Origin: Schizochytrium sp. TIO01
Lineage: Eukaryota > Protista > Bigyra: Labyrinthulomycetes
Direction: 5' to 3'
Assembly (NCBI GenBank): GCA_004764695.1
Contig: SMSO01000004.1
Location: 124,001-188,000 of the forward strand
Length of the DNA stretch: 64,000 bases
Shown: piece after piece, positions 1-10,139 of the stretch
Numbering within the stretch: position 1 is the stretch's first letter
Layout of the letters: every line of letters starts with the position of its first letter
Notes under the pieces: model-generated
The model's input: the letters and a program-made list of their open reading frames with translations, nothing else
What the model was told of the DNA's origin: nothing
Database searches by the model: none
Position numbers and translations under genes: made by a program

Positions 1-1476
1 CTTATATTCCTTGGACCACGGGAGAGGCATACTAAAGTTCTTTTCTTCGAGGGGAAGATGATCCATGATTGCAGAGCGTAGAGATTCAAGATCCTCCGCT
101 TCCCTGGCGCCGTTGCGTGGAAGCGTTGATCGCATGCGGGCGAAGAATTCGACAGCATTGTCACCAAGGATAAGAAGCATCGTGCTAGGATTTGCTCCAA
201 ATATTCTATCTCTTCCAAACTTTTCTGCGCAATAAGCAACGAATGCCTTTTCAAGTTGCTCATTCTCATCCGGGTAAAAGTTGCGAGAGTCAGGGTCCTT
301 GAAGACCTTGTAGATTAATGAGGCATATGCTTTTAAAGTACCAGTGTAAGAATCCGTCCCAGTTTCCAAGGCGGAAAATGGCTGGGTTACCCATATATTA
401 CCCTTGTTGTCGCGCTTCACAAAATAACTGAATTCGAACGAGGAGAGAACCCCATATTTCAACCCATTGAAAACCATGTAGGTGAAGAGTTGCTTCAAAG
501 ACTCCCGAAAGCTTTCCCGAAGTAGGGCCGTACTTGGCTTAGCCATTTGTTTGCGGGAATCTGCTTGGGTTGTATCCGCGCCTACGATTTGGTGAGGCAT
601 CTTGCCCTCTATGACGAAAAGAGGCTCCCCGGGCTCAGTGCGTATTTCTGAGTCCGCCTCAACGATAATATCATAAAGCGAGCCTATTCCATTGTTTCGT
701 TCAAGCCTACAGGAGATGGGTGGATACTCTGCGATGACAGGATGCAGTAACATGAGAGGGAATATGACAACTCGTTGGAGTGCTTGTTTTGCTTCCGGTT
801 CGTTGGATTTGATGTTTAACGAGACTTGCGTGGTTGAAAAGATGTCCGTACTAATGCGTTGCCTACTCATGACAGACTGTCCCAGACTTTCAACGACTTC
901 TTCATCAAAGTCGGCCAATGACCACTCCGAAAAAGTTATATATTCTAAGGCCCAAACGGAACCTCTCCGGGCCGTGGAACCAGGTGCTCTCCCCTTAAAT
1001 ATTGACTCCAGACGCCGCAGCTTAAGAGCCTCAGAGAGTCTTATTTGTCCTTGCCGGAGTTGCTCCTCGGCTTGCCGGGCTCGCTCGCGCACTTGCCGGA
1101 GTTGCTCCTCGGCTTGCCGGGCTCGCTCGCGCACTTGCCGGAGTTGCTCCTCGGCTTGCCGGGCTTGCTCCTCGGCTTGCCGGGCTTGCTCCTCGGCTTG
1201 CCGGGCTTGCTCCTCGGCTTGCCGGGCTTGCTCCTCGGCTTGCCGGGCTTGCTCCTCGGCTTGCCGGAGTCGCTCGCGCGCCGCTAAACGAACATCCAGC
1301 GCTTTTCGCGTTATTCTTTTAAGGGCCTTTTTTCGTGAATCCAGATAGTCTAGGACACCGTCATCCAAATCATCAAAGATTTTATTATATTCGATGCGCC
1401 CAAGACCCGAGTCTGTCATCTGGCATAGCGCGTCAACAGTCAAAACATGATCATCGTCGGGGTCGGATTCGGACAT
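1..1476 (-). CDS. Crinkler/RHS-type effector-like protein: heptad coiled-coil plus PD-(D/E)xK restriction-endonuclease-fold domain; 3' end runs off the window
   Basis: Manual translation gives an open frame of 492 codons from ATG at 1476 (MSESDPDDDHVLTVDALCQ...). It is absent from the ORF track because there is no stop in the window. Motifs: YDIIV (~661-675), PLFVIEGK (~601-624) and KQLFTYMVFNGLKYGVLSSFEFSYFVKR (~412-495), matching the QxxxYM..N.L.YG.LS signature of CR-REase domains. Confidence 0.75.
   Translation of the reverse strand, partial: MSESDPDDDHVLTVDALCQMTDSGLGRIEYNKIFDDLDDGVLDYLDSRKKALKRITRKALDVRLAARERLRQAEEQARQAEEQARQAEEQARQAEEQARQAEEQARQAEEQLRQVRERARQAEEQLRQVRERARQAEEQLRQGQIRLSEALKLRRLESIFKGRAPGSTARRGSVWALEYITFSEWSLADFDEEVVESLGQSVMSRQRISTDIFSTTQVSLNIKSNEPEAKQALQRVVIFPLMLLHPVIAEYPPISCRLERNNGIGSLYDIIVEADSEIRTEPGEPLFVIEGKMPHQIVGADTTQADSRKQMAKPSTALLRESFRESLKQLFTYMVFNGLKYGVLSSFEFSYFVKRDNKGNIWVTQPFSALETGTDSYTGTLKAYASLIYKVFKDPDSRNFYPDENEQLEKAFVAYCAEKFGRDRIFGANPSTMLLILGDNAVEFFARMRSTLPRNGAREAEDLESLRSAIMDHLPLEEKNFSMPLPWSKEYK
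1051..1281 (-). repeat. Coding 21-bp tandem repeat, 11 heptads (AEEQARQ / AEEQLRQ / VRERARQ)
   Basis: Five identical AEEQARQ units, followed by alternating AEEQLRQ/VRERARQ 42-bp higher-order units. Plus-strand unit is cttgccgggcttgctcctcgg. Confidence 0.95.
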
Positions 1477-1565
1477 GGTTGCTCGGACGAGGCAAGGAGA
1501 GGCCACGGCTTACGCCTTCGCTTGCTTGCTTGTTTGCTTGTTTGCTTGCTTACACACGTCCAAGA

Positions 1566-1649
1566 GGGAATAAAGGGAATCAATCGTTTGGGAATACAGG
1601 GAATCAATCGTTTGGGAATACAGGGAATCAATCGTTTGGGAATACAGGG
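1566..1649. repeat. 24-bp direct repeat, 3.5 copies (GGGAATACAGGGAATCAATCGTTT), in a divergent promoter region
   Basis: Units start at 1566, 1590, 1614 and 1638; one mismatch in the first copy; no spacers. Confidence 0.95.
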
Positions 1650-1736
1650 CGTACATTTTTGTCACCAGGGATTGACGAGAACAAACAAACAATTGGGTAT
1701 TTTATTTTGTTTGAAGGAACAAAACCAAAACCAAAA

Positions 1737-2841
1737 ATGGAGACAATCGGCGGTTATAAGATACTCACGCAGCGGCAGCGGGAGGAACAACGTGCTGCTG
1801 GTGCACACGTCATAGCACCTTTCATCGTCGATGAGGGAGTGTATGTATGATGAGTTTGTTATCTTGAAAGACCTCACGCACGAAGAGAGGAAAGGAAAAC
1901 TGGAAGAAGTGATAGCACAGAACGAAGGAGGTCTCTATCACTTGTCTGAAATGTTTTTCTGTGGCATTCTTTGGAATGACTTCGCGCTCTCTTCGCTAGT
2001 GGCTCGAGAAAGCCATGCAGAATCGTCGTCTGGGCGCTTATGCCGACGTAGAGAATGCCCTTGCGTATTGCACAGGACACCAGTCTGTCAGGACGTGCGT
2101 GGAACTCATGTGCTATGATGAAAACGATTTGATAAGCAATGTCTAATCGCGAGGTGTGTCCAAACCCCAGATGCGCTAAAGGGTGTTCTTTTAGTTGAAG
2201 CGTTTCATCAAAATTGGAACTGCCCCCTGCGTCAAGCCACGGCTCGTGGCAACTACGAGCTCATCTTTTTTCTGCTCTCGCAGAAAGATTGCACTCCAGC
2301 GCAAGGTGACCCATCCCAAAAAGACTCTTCGTCACTGGCCATAGCTTTCCGGAACAAGGATGCTCTGGCTGTGCAACTCTTCATCCACTTTGATAAGTGC
2401 CACCCTAGAATTGCAGCTAGCAACTTGGATCTGACTAACATAAAAAATATCAGAGCATTCATGCGAGATGCACATACTAAATACTGCGAGCGCAATAGAC
2501 AAATTCGCAAGAAAATCCTCGCGGGGATGACATACGACCCAGATTGCCGCAAAAGTGCCCTCAGAACATTCAACTATGTCAAGAAGAAGGTCGGTGTCTT
2601 TGCAAAGAGGTTTGCGTTCGGTGTACTCTCAGTCTCGCCGATTATCCTCGAAGAGAAGTTCAAGAAACATTTCTATCGCGACGCAGAGACGCTGATTAGC
2701 CCAGCACACGCTGCTCTTGTTTCAGTCGAAGATAGCAAAGAACTTATGGATTTGGAGTCTGAGCGTATATATTGGGAACTCACCTCTTCTCACGGGCCAG
2801 ACTTTCCTGTCTGTTATTTTTGTTCGGTTTTTCTAAATTAA
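1737..2841 (+). pseudogene. Frameshifted ankyrin-repeat protein gene
   Basis: aaaaATGG start at 1737. The protein-like frame switches near 1845, 2010 and 2125. The last segment reads NCPLRQATARGNYELIFFLLSQKDCTP and SSLAIAFRNKDALAVQLFI (two ankyrin-like repeats) and continues into ORF 2371-2841. Confidence 0.55.
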
Positions 2842-2932
2842 AGGTCAAATGTTGAAAGATATTGGTCACACAAATTAATTTATAACCCCTCTTTGTCTGC
2901 TCTTTAAGAATAATGATAATAATAATAAAGAC

Positions 2933-3860
2933 ATGAAAAGAAGTGAAACCAAAACTAGCCTTGCTTTGAATTTCCTGAGAAACATTCACCGTCACCAAAC
3001 GTCATCCGCTGCCTGCATGTTTTGTCAGAAACACTTCGAATTACACAAGCGCAGCAGAGGACAGTCTCATAACGAAAATGAAACCTCAGAGGCTGAAGAC
3101 GCTTCGCAGCTTTGTTCTGCACTTTCCTTAGCAAGCAGCGAATCAACAAAGACTCCATCTTATGCTGGTAAAGAAAAAACGGCTCAGAAAAAACGCCAAA
3201 GAATGAGGCCCAAGACGACGTCATCACTCCCTATGTTTCACGCTCCATCAGCTTTACTTCACCTTAAGGAGCACCAGAAGCTGACAACTCACTTTCAAAC
3301 AAACAAAGAGGGCGAATGGCAAGAAGTTCCTGACGTCGTTAAGCCTGTTACCTCGCGACTCCGTAAGCACGGTTCTTTGGGCATTTCCAAGCAGTTTGCG
3401 TTAAGCAGCATCAGCCAGTGCGTGCTGAAAAAAAGGTACAGTAGCACAAACAGCATAGCTTCAGAAGATGGCACCAACGATGGTCCCAAATCCCCATCGC
3501 CAGTTCTCACCAGGGACCCGCAAGTCTTACAATCTTCGAAGGTGGTCATAAAACGAGTTGTGGAATTCCGTGGAAGAACCCGATGAAGACGAGGGCTCTC
3601 ATTTCATCGCATGGTTTAGATTGCACTAAAGCAATTCGCTAATGCACAACGCTCAAACTTTGAAGCTCGGCCTAAGAGTAAATTTGGCAGCGGCAAGAAG
3701 ACCATGGAATTCCCGCTGGAGAAGAAGAAGCACCGGACTGGAGCATTCCAATCCAATGGAAAGCAGTAGCAATTCTGATCAAGCTTGAGAAGACATCTGA
3801 GGGCTTTTCCCTCCACACTTCGGTGAAAGAGATGGTCGTGCGTATCCTTTCGTTGACGTG
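2933..3860 (+). mobile_element. Possible decayed hAT-like transposase relic with a BED-finger-like N-terminus
   Basis: ORF 2933-3586 has KTSLALNF...SAACMFC...SALLHLKEH (BED-like CxxC...HxxxH with a long insert). Downstream broken frames give RPWNS (cf. hAT TRWNS) and QWKAVAILIKLEK. No terminal inverted repeats identified. Confidence 0.3.
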
Positions 3861-4690
3861 AAGATGCAAAGCAGGCCAAGAACTCTCTCATGCTTCACGG
3901 AGGCTGTCATTACATTGAGCTTGAACATCACCTCGGCACCTTGATCACAAGGTCCAGCCAGTTCTAGGTGCTACGCTCTACTTCGTCGTTCATTTACTCA
4001 GTATGTTTTGACGTGCTGTGTTGATTATGGATCACCTCGTTGCCACAGCACCTTCTGTTTCGCTTTCCTCGCGACAGAACCAGGATCTTAATTCTTCTGC
4101 GTAAAACCTAGATCGAAGGTGCATCATGATGCACAAGGTTTTCGACTACTGCTACGATGCCTCTGAGGATCAGAAACTGAGCTCAAGAGGCGTAGCTGTC
4201 GGGAGCGTCCAAAGCGCTCGCGTTGCCCTCCCGAGTATCACGGCGCCGTTACCTATGAAGACACGCTAAAATTGGAGATGGAGGTTTATGAAGGTTGGAG
4301 AATAGGCGCAAGCAGGAGGGAAGTGCTAAAGATTTCAGTAGATAAGGGTCTTATATGTATAAAGAACAGAAGAGGAACGTTCTGCAGGATGGAGATTGTA
4401 AAGGCCGCCATTGCAATCCTGAGATTTTGGCGAAGTCGCGTTTGTTGCATCAGATGGTATTTTAACCGAAAGGCCTCAGCGGCCGACCTCCAAAAAGATT
4501 TGGGATCCAAGTTTAGATCTGCAAGGATAAAGATCTGGGCTGGAAGAGTTTCACAGCATGATTGGAGTATGACTTTTACATAGGTGCGATTTTATGGATA
4601 GCAAACCCAGTCAGTCAAGTGCAGTAATTTATGGAGATCAAGAGATCAATTCCAGATTTGCAACTCCGTAACAGCCTTGTATGCGGCAGG

Positions 4691-4939
4691 ATGAGCCAGC
4701 AGGGCGCTGAGGATCTGCAGGGTGCCATGCAAGCCCGACTGGAGCTTGATACCCGAGAGACTAGGAGGTTACTGAAGGAGACTGCCGGGAGCATGCACGA
4801 TGTGACACAGAATACGACTGCTAGCCTACGTGCGCTTACTTCTGCAAAAGAGGCGCTGTCACATTTAGAGATGGCCATGCAGCCGACGATTGTAGACGGC
4901 AGTATACGCAAGCCCAAGCTTTTCCCTTTACCTAAGTAA
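4691..4939 (+). CDS. Small helical/coiled-coil hypothetical protein (may be a terminal exon)
   Basis: 82-aa ORF MSQQGAEDLQGAMQARLELDTRETRRLLKETAG... with amphipathic helical composition; a CAG possible splice acceptor lies just upstream. Confidence 0.35.
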   Translation: MSQQGAEDLQGAMQARLELDTRETRRLLKETAGSMHDVTQNTTASLRALTSAKEALSHLEMAMQPTIVDGSIRKPKLFPLPK

Positions 4940-5305
4940 CCGGCCTCTCCTTCTAGTATGTTACTCGGTGAAAAGTAGGAAACCATGCATGCAAAAATAA
5001 AGGTTGAAGCTGTTTTCTCCAAGAAGGCAACTAATGCGACAAAGTTATTAGGAATGTGTCTTCAAGAGGATTGTACAAACTTAAATTGTTTATTAAAGAT
5101 AGTGATATTCCTTCTAGGCCTAGTATTGTTATCAAATCTACATTCGTTCATACATAGACCTCTTGAATTGATGTGAGAACTGTCAGTAAAAACCTCGATG
5201 AAGTATGTTCTTATATTAAACAAAATGTCCCAGAGAGTTTTAGACGCTACCATCGTCCCAGACAGCAGTAAGTCATCTATGATGAATGATTGCAGTATGC
5301 GAATT

Positions 5306-8300
5306 TTATTCTTGAAGCTGCGTGTTGATGAGGCTTATAGCCCAGGTTCCTAGGCTGGTTTCTTTCACTGAAAATCCCCAGGTAGGCAGTACCATGCCCA
5401 TAATTTCAACTCCGGTAGACAAAATCCAAGGGAAACCGAGAGTTTCTTGACGAGTTTGTTGCGTCTCAATACGCAAATGCACTTCGTCCACATAACTAGC
5501 GTGGGTAGCATCAGAAGAGCCACTACTGGTACCCGTTGACGACGATGAGTCTGGAAGGACAGCAACGTTATCGCCATTAACAGCTTGATTTTGCTGCTTT
5601 TGCTTTTGCTTTTGCTTTTGCAGTCGCTGTTGACGAATACGATGGTAAAGGATATCCCCCTCTCGTTTGGAGATCATGAATGTGGGAAGGCTCGACTGTG
5701 CTGGCGGAAAGAAGGCTGCCATGGCCTTGCCGAGCAGGTCATTCTGTGTCATGCTCACCATATAAAAAAGACCCTCCTCGTCTTTATTCTGGGCAATCAA
5801 TAGAGCTAATGCACCTGCTTGCTGAGCCAAAAGAGCTTTTTGCTCGAACATGCAGTCCCCACGACGAACCAAAACAATTCGATTCGCTACACGTTCACGT
5901 GGATATGCTCGAGCACTACAGCCTTGTGCTTCCGCGGCCAAGACAACAGAACCTTCCACCAATTGGGCCACAGGCCCTGGTCCAAATTCAGAGAAGCTGC
6001 AAGCAATGGGCAATTCGGAACCAGATCCCATGTTCCACCGGGAAAATTTGGCCAAGCCGAGGATATTAGCAAGAGACTTTTGCTCTAAACACACCATGTT
6101 CGAGTCTTCTGTACCAAATTGCACTTCCACAGAGCAATGTAAACCAAAGCCGGGAGTGCGCTTGTTCACATGAATATATTTGGAGTGGGTTGCATGGCCA
6201 TCAATCACCTCTACAGCCACAACGTCAGTAGCAAGATTTGAAATAGTAACAGCAGCATTTGTAGCTTCATGATATACGTGAAACCCTGCCTCTAAGGGCT
6301 GGACCTCAAACACAGAATCCTCGCCCGGCCCTAGCCGAATAGTCTGCACAGAGTTCATAAAGTCTTCCGCCTCGCCAATCGCCTCGTCATCGTCATCGGG
6401 CGCGTGACCCCTAGAGAGATAGGAATCGTGACCATAACTACCTTCTCCATCTCTGCTGGTGCCAGAAGCGTCTTGGCCTTCTGATCGCGAACGATGTTTG
6501 GAGGCTGCGGATTTAGATAGGTAGCCAAATCGTCTTGGTCGACGCAAATGTACATTAGCCCCGTAGTACGAGGCAACGCTTGTGCGCGCGTTAGAGGAGG
6601 GGCTCGCTTTCAAAGAAGCATCAAGCTCGAAAGCTGGACACATCCATTCTTCGTACAAGGATTCATCTGTAATTGAGGGAACCCCCCACAGAATGTCCTT
6701 CTTTTGATCTTTCAGTGAGTCCCTTGATGAGGATTTGCGTCCCTTGCGGGGAAAGGAAAAGCCCATTTCCCTAGCTTTACGGTGAAAGTCTGCTCGGACA
6801 GGAAAAGCATGGGCTTCTGTTGTGAAGACATAATTGCCTCCGCGATCCTCACGAAGAAAGTTATCCTCATCAAAGAGCAAATACAAATATTTGAGAAGCT
6901 CTGACAAAAAAAATGAGGGCATATTATCATGCAGGCGTTCAGTTTTGATGTCCTTGATGCTGGCATAGCCACATTCAACGCGGCAAGCTTGTTCGAGGGC
7001 ACGAACCATATCCCGGCCAGCGACAAGCCATGCTGGATCTTGTGTTGTAGTACTCATGTAAAACACACTCTCCGCTAGCTCAGGTCGTAGAGGGTATCCC
7101 CGTCTGGAGCCTCCTGAAAGTGGCTCATACTTATCGATTCCAAAATCCTCAGGGGTAAAGCCAAACTCGTTCCAAACACGCATAAAGGCATTGATAGTTT
7201 GACTTGCGGCTTGCATATCACCAGTCAGGGTTTGCATCCCAGGCCAAAACGCTTGCAGGTTGTTAAACTGTCGGCGCTGCACATTTCCACGGTGCATATT
7301 CACTTCGACATACCAGGTATCATCGACGCGGAGGTGGCGCACAGCACCTGTGTATAGCTTTTGAAACATGGCAAACGCTTCCTCATCACCAAAGGCGATA
7401 TATTGTTTGATATAGTATTCATAAAGTGAGTCAATGTTTGATCCAATTCCAGCAATGGGCTCTGTCCAGCGGCCAGTTTGGATGTCAATATGGCGTCCAA
7501 CGAGATCTAGCTTTGAGCGATGGTCATAAATGGCTTTGAGAGCCTCTCTTGCTGCGACACCATAGCGTGGCTCATCCGTAAGCACAGAAAGCAAGCCGAA
7601 CTCAAGCGATAACGAGCCAGCAGCAGCAGTACATGCCTCAGTGGTTTCACCTTTTGGTACTCCATGACGTAGGTTCACAGTACCATATGGAATGGATGTA
7701 GTGGTATTGAACGCTGGCATGAGGCGGTCGCCTAGGTCTTTCGCAAGCTTGAGCAGAGAACCATCGTAATCTGGCATAATCTTGAGATCTTCGTCAATCG
7801 CCCACAAATGCGCCGTGAGTAGACCGCCAAGAACACGGATCGTAGTCTCAAAGACCGAAACTGTCTCATCAAGATTGAAATCGGCTCGTTGGGCGACCAG
7901 TCGTACAGCCCGAGCAAACTCAGAATAGTTTCCAAGGACAACAAGCATATCGAGGGAATCCACTAATGAGAGCATGTCACCCGCTGTAAGTCCAAAGTTT
8001 GCGCCTCCGCATGAAAGTGGCTTAAGCTCGTCAAGAGGAAAGGCATTCTCCATGTATGAATCATAGCCGTGGTAGAACATGCCGCGCACCTGCTCTCGCA
8101 GATTCACGCGCTCAGCAGGGGACAAGCGGATCGTACTAGACCTCTTTGACATATCACGCTGGATATCATTAGTATCTTCGTCGTCGTCGTCATCGTCGTC
8201 GTCTTCATCGACGTCACCAGCAGACGTGGTTCCGGGTTGACTAGAGTGCGACGATCCAATTCCCGCACCTGATGCCGTACCACCAGCTGGATTTGCGGCT

Positions 8301-9286
8301 GGTGCCGCATGTTCTGCATCGCCTTCAGTAGAGTCCCTACGGATAGTCCAAGCATCTTGTCGACTCTTTCGCTTCTTTTGACGGGCAATTGGAGGCCTAG
8401 TCCCGACCTCAATGTCATCGTCGTCATCATCGCCATCGTTATCATAGCCATCCTCATTTTCAATCCCTTTAGGATCATTCTGAACACATTCCTGTGCCTC
8501 TTCATCCCAAAACTTTTGCAGTAGACAACCAATAGGTGAGCACACCGACATAGCATACGAGCAGGTGGCAACCTCACTGACTGCCAGCACAGTCGCAAGA
8601 TCCTTTGGTGCCAAATGTAATGCTAGGGACCCTGAGCGTTTGGCATGGCCCGCAAACTTGCCACAACATCGAATTCGCACGATCGTTGACCTTCTCTGGC
8701 CGACATTCTCACATGGCTGCCCATCCTCAAAACGATAAGCCAGGTAGCTTGGGCGCCCATTCTTAAATCCGCCCAAGAAGCCTCCTGAAGGAGGTCTTGA
8801 AGATTCTGACGATCCTGGAGACAATGGAGACAATGAGATCCCTGATGAAGCTCCCGGCGACGATGACGGGTTTGAAGCGGAAACTTCTGTTGCAGATGGT
8901 ATCACGAGAGATCCTGCAGACCAGTCTACGGAGCGAGCTCCTGATCTCGGCTCCGCATGGAACTGGCGAACCTCTCGAAGGTGACACCACGCATACCTCC
9001 ACCAGCCGCTGCCTCCTGACTCCACGCACGCCGCATGTTCCAAAGGTGCAAGAAGTGCCTCTGCGCGCTGGACTACCCTCGCCGTCACTTCGTCCGCCGC
9101 TGCGCCGCCGTTAACGGCCTGCTGACTGCTGTGCCCATGACCCTCTGCATCCTCCTCCTCCTCAACGTCCGCGATGCTGTCCGCACGCGCCAATACGGAG
9201 CTGAGTGCCACTGACGAGAGCAAGAGTAGAAGTGTCCACACCACAGCGCCCAGGAACGGCGTCCTGCGGCCACGGCGAGCGCTCAT
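5306..9286 (-). CDS. EDEM-like GH47 alpha-1,2-mannosidase with N-terminal MRH (OS-9/PRKCSH-like) domain and C-terminal PA domain
   Basis: Signal peptide after MSARR (likely start 9286). MRH motifs GWWRYAWCHLREVRQFH, GQPC...RSTIVRIRC, VSEVATCSY. GH47 motifs MFYHGYDSYM, DELKPLSC, SVFETTIRVLGGLL, DSLYEY, YPLRPELAES, SFFLSELLKYLYLLF, FTTEAH. PA motif IVLVRRGDCMFEQKALLAQQAGA. Confidence 0.93.
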   Translation of the reverse strand: MSARRGRRTPFLGAVVWTLLLLLSSVALSSVLARADSIADVEEEEDAEGHGHSSQQAVNGGAAADEVTARVVQRAEALLAPLEHAACVESGGSGWWRYAWCHLREVRQFHAEPRSGARSVDWSAGSLVIPSATEVSASNPSSSPGASSGISLSPLSPGSSESSRPPSGGFLGGFKNGRPSYLAYRFEDGQPCENVGQRRSTIVRIRCCGKFAGHAKRSGSLALHLAPKDLATVLAVSEVATCSYAMSVCSPIGCLLQKFWDEEAQECVQNDPKGIENEDGYDNDGDDDDDDIEVGTRPPIARQKKRKSRQDAWTIRRDSTEGDAEHAAPAANPAGGTASGAGIGSSHSSQPGTTSAGDVDEDDDDDDDDEDTNDIQRDMSKRSSTIRLSPAERVNLREQVRGMFYHGYDSYMENAFPLDELKPLSCGGANFGLTAGDMLSLVDSLDMLVVLGNYSEFARAVRLVAQRADFNLDETVSVFETTIRVLGGLLTAHLWAIDEDLKIMPDYDGSLLKLAKDLGDRLMPAFNTTTSIPYGTVNLRHGVPKGETTEACTAAAGSLSLEFGLLSVLTDEPRYGVAAREALKAIYDHRSKLDLVGRHIDIQTGRWTEPIAGIGSNIDSLYEYYIKQYIAFGDEEAFAMFQKLYTGAVRHLRVDDTWYVEVNMHRGNVQRRQFNNLQAFWPGMQTLTGDMQAASQTINAFMRVWNEFGFTPEDFGIDKYEPLSGGSRRGYPLRPELAESVFYMSTTTQDPAWLVAGRDMVRALEQACRVECGYASIKDIKTERLHDNMPSFFLSELLKYLYLLFDEDNFLREDRGGNYVFTTEAHAFPVRADFHRKAREMGFSFPRKGRKSSSRDSLKDQKKDILWGVPSITDESLYEEWMCPAFELDASLKASPSSNARTSVASYYGANVHLRRPRRFGYLSKSAASKHRSRSEGQDASGTSRDGEGSYGHDSYLSRGHAPDDDDEAIGEAEDFMNSVQTIRLGPGEDSVFEVQPLEAGFHVYHEATNAAVTISNLATDVVAVEVIDGHATHSKYIHVNKRTPGFGLHCSVEVQFGTEDSNMVCLEQKSLANILGLAKFSRWNMGSGSELPIACSFSEFGPGPVAQLVEGSVVLAAEAQGCSARAYPRERVANRIVLVRRGDCMFEQKALLAQQAGALALLIAQNKDEEGLFYMVSMTQNDLLGKAMAAFFPPAQSSLPTFMISKREGDILYHRIRQQRLQKQKQKQKQQNQAVNGDNVAVLPDSSSSTGTSSGSSDATHASYVDEVHLRIETQQTRQETLGFPWILSTGVEIMGMVLPTWGFSVKETSLGTWAISLINTQLQE

Positions 9287-9422
9287 GGCGCTGCAGATTG
9301 GGACTTGAGTGCCCACGTTTTCACAAAGCACTTATAGCGTTCTGCCCTCCTGGAAGAGCGCAATAACCCATCTATCTCAGAGCCCAGAGCCCAAACACGA
9401 GCGTCTCGTGAGCATCTAGACA
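9287..9422. promoter_or_regulatory. Compact bidirectional promoter region
   Basis: Only 136 bp separate the divergent start codons of the GH47 fusion gene and PRKRIP1. Confidence 0.6.
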
Positions 9423-10139
9423 ATGGAGGGGCACGGCGAGAGCAGTGGGAGCGGTGCCAAGTGGTCTAGCGAGGCGCGCGAGACAATCCGCCGCGCGGTG
9501 ACTCAGGGAGACAAGGCCGCAGTCGCTCATGGGGCTGGATTTAACCTCAAAAAGGTTGACAACTACTACAGCAGTACCTCAGGCGCAGGCAGCGGAAACT
9601 TTCACGTTTATAGGCACCTCCGCCGCAGCGAGGAAGAGCGCCTCGCCGCGCTGGACGCGAAGGCTGCTCGAGATGCAGTTACTGCCGACCTGGAGCGTCG
9701 CCGCCAAGTGGAGGATGCCGCAATGAAGGCCAAGAGTGGACGCCGCGCCGCCAGACGCCAGCGGATCAAGAAGCAGAAGCGCGAAGCGAGGGAGGCAAGC
9801 AAACAGGTGTCCGGCGCAGAAAAATCCGGCACGAATAGTCCCGTAAACTGCTCTAGAACAGAAGTGCAGGAAGAACAAGTCGTGAACAACAACATCGAAA
9901 ATGCTGCAGAGAAAGATGAGGCAACCAAAGGGCAACCTAATAGCGCTGTGAGCAATGACCAGGCTCTTCCCGATGTCAAGAATGGAGCTGGCGAGGGGCA
10001 GAACGAAGTGGAAGATGCGGATAAGGTTGCTCAGGAGGAGCTCAGGAAGGCGCAGGCGAGGGCTATCAATAAGTTCAACAATGACGGGAGCTTTCTGGAT
10101 GGTATCAAGGCACTAAAGGCGTTTGCTGGCAAGAACTGA
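9423..10139 (+). CDS. PRKRIP1: PRKR-interacting protein 1 homolog (DUF1168, spliceosome factor)
   Basis: Signature SSTSGAGSGNFHVYRHLRRSEEERL followed by a basic helix, KSGRRAARRQRIKKQK. Confidence 0.88.
   Translation: MEGHGESSGSGAKWSSEARETIRRAVTQGDKAAVAHGAGFNLKKVDNYYSSTSGAGSGNFHVYRHLRRSEEERLAALDAKAARDAVTADLERRRQVEDAAMKAKSGRRAARRQRIKKQKREAREASKQVSGAEKSGTNSPVNCSRTEVQEEQVVNNNIENAAEKDEATKGQPNSAVSNDQALPDVKNGAGEGQNEVEDADKVAQEELRKAQARAINKFNNDGSFLDGIKALKAFAGKN

Noticed and set aside
692-1348. Plus-strand ORFs with (CSSACRA)n or (LLLGLPG)n repeats
   Set aside because: Antisense shadows of the 21-bp repeat; the minus-strand frame is open throughout and carries the real motifs.
1566-1649. CRISPR-like appearance of the 24-bp repeats
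   Set aside because: Head-to-tail with no spacers, eukaryotic context and no cas genes.
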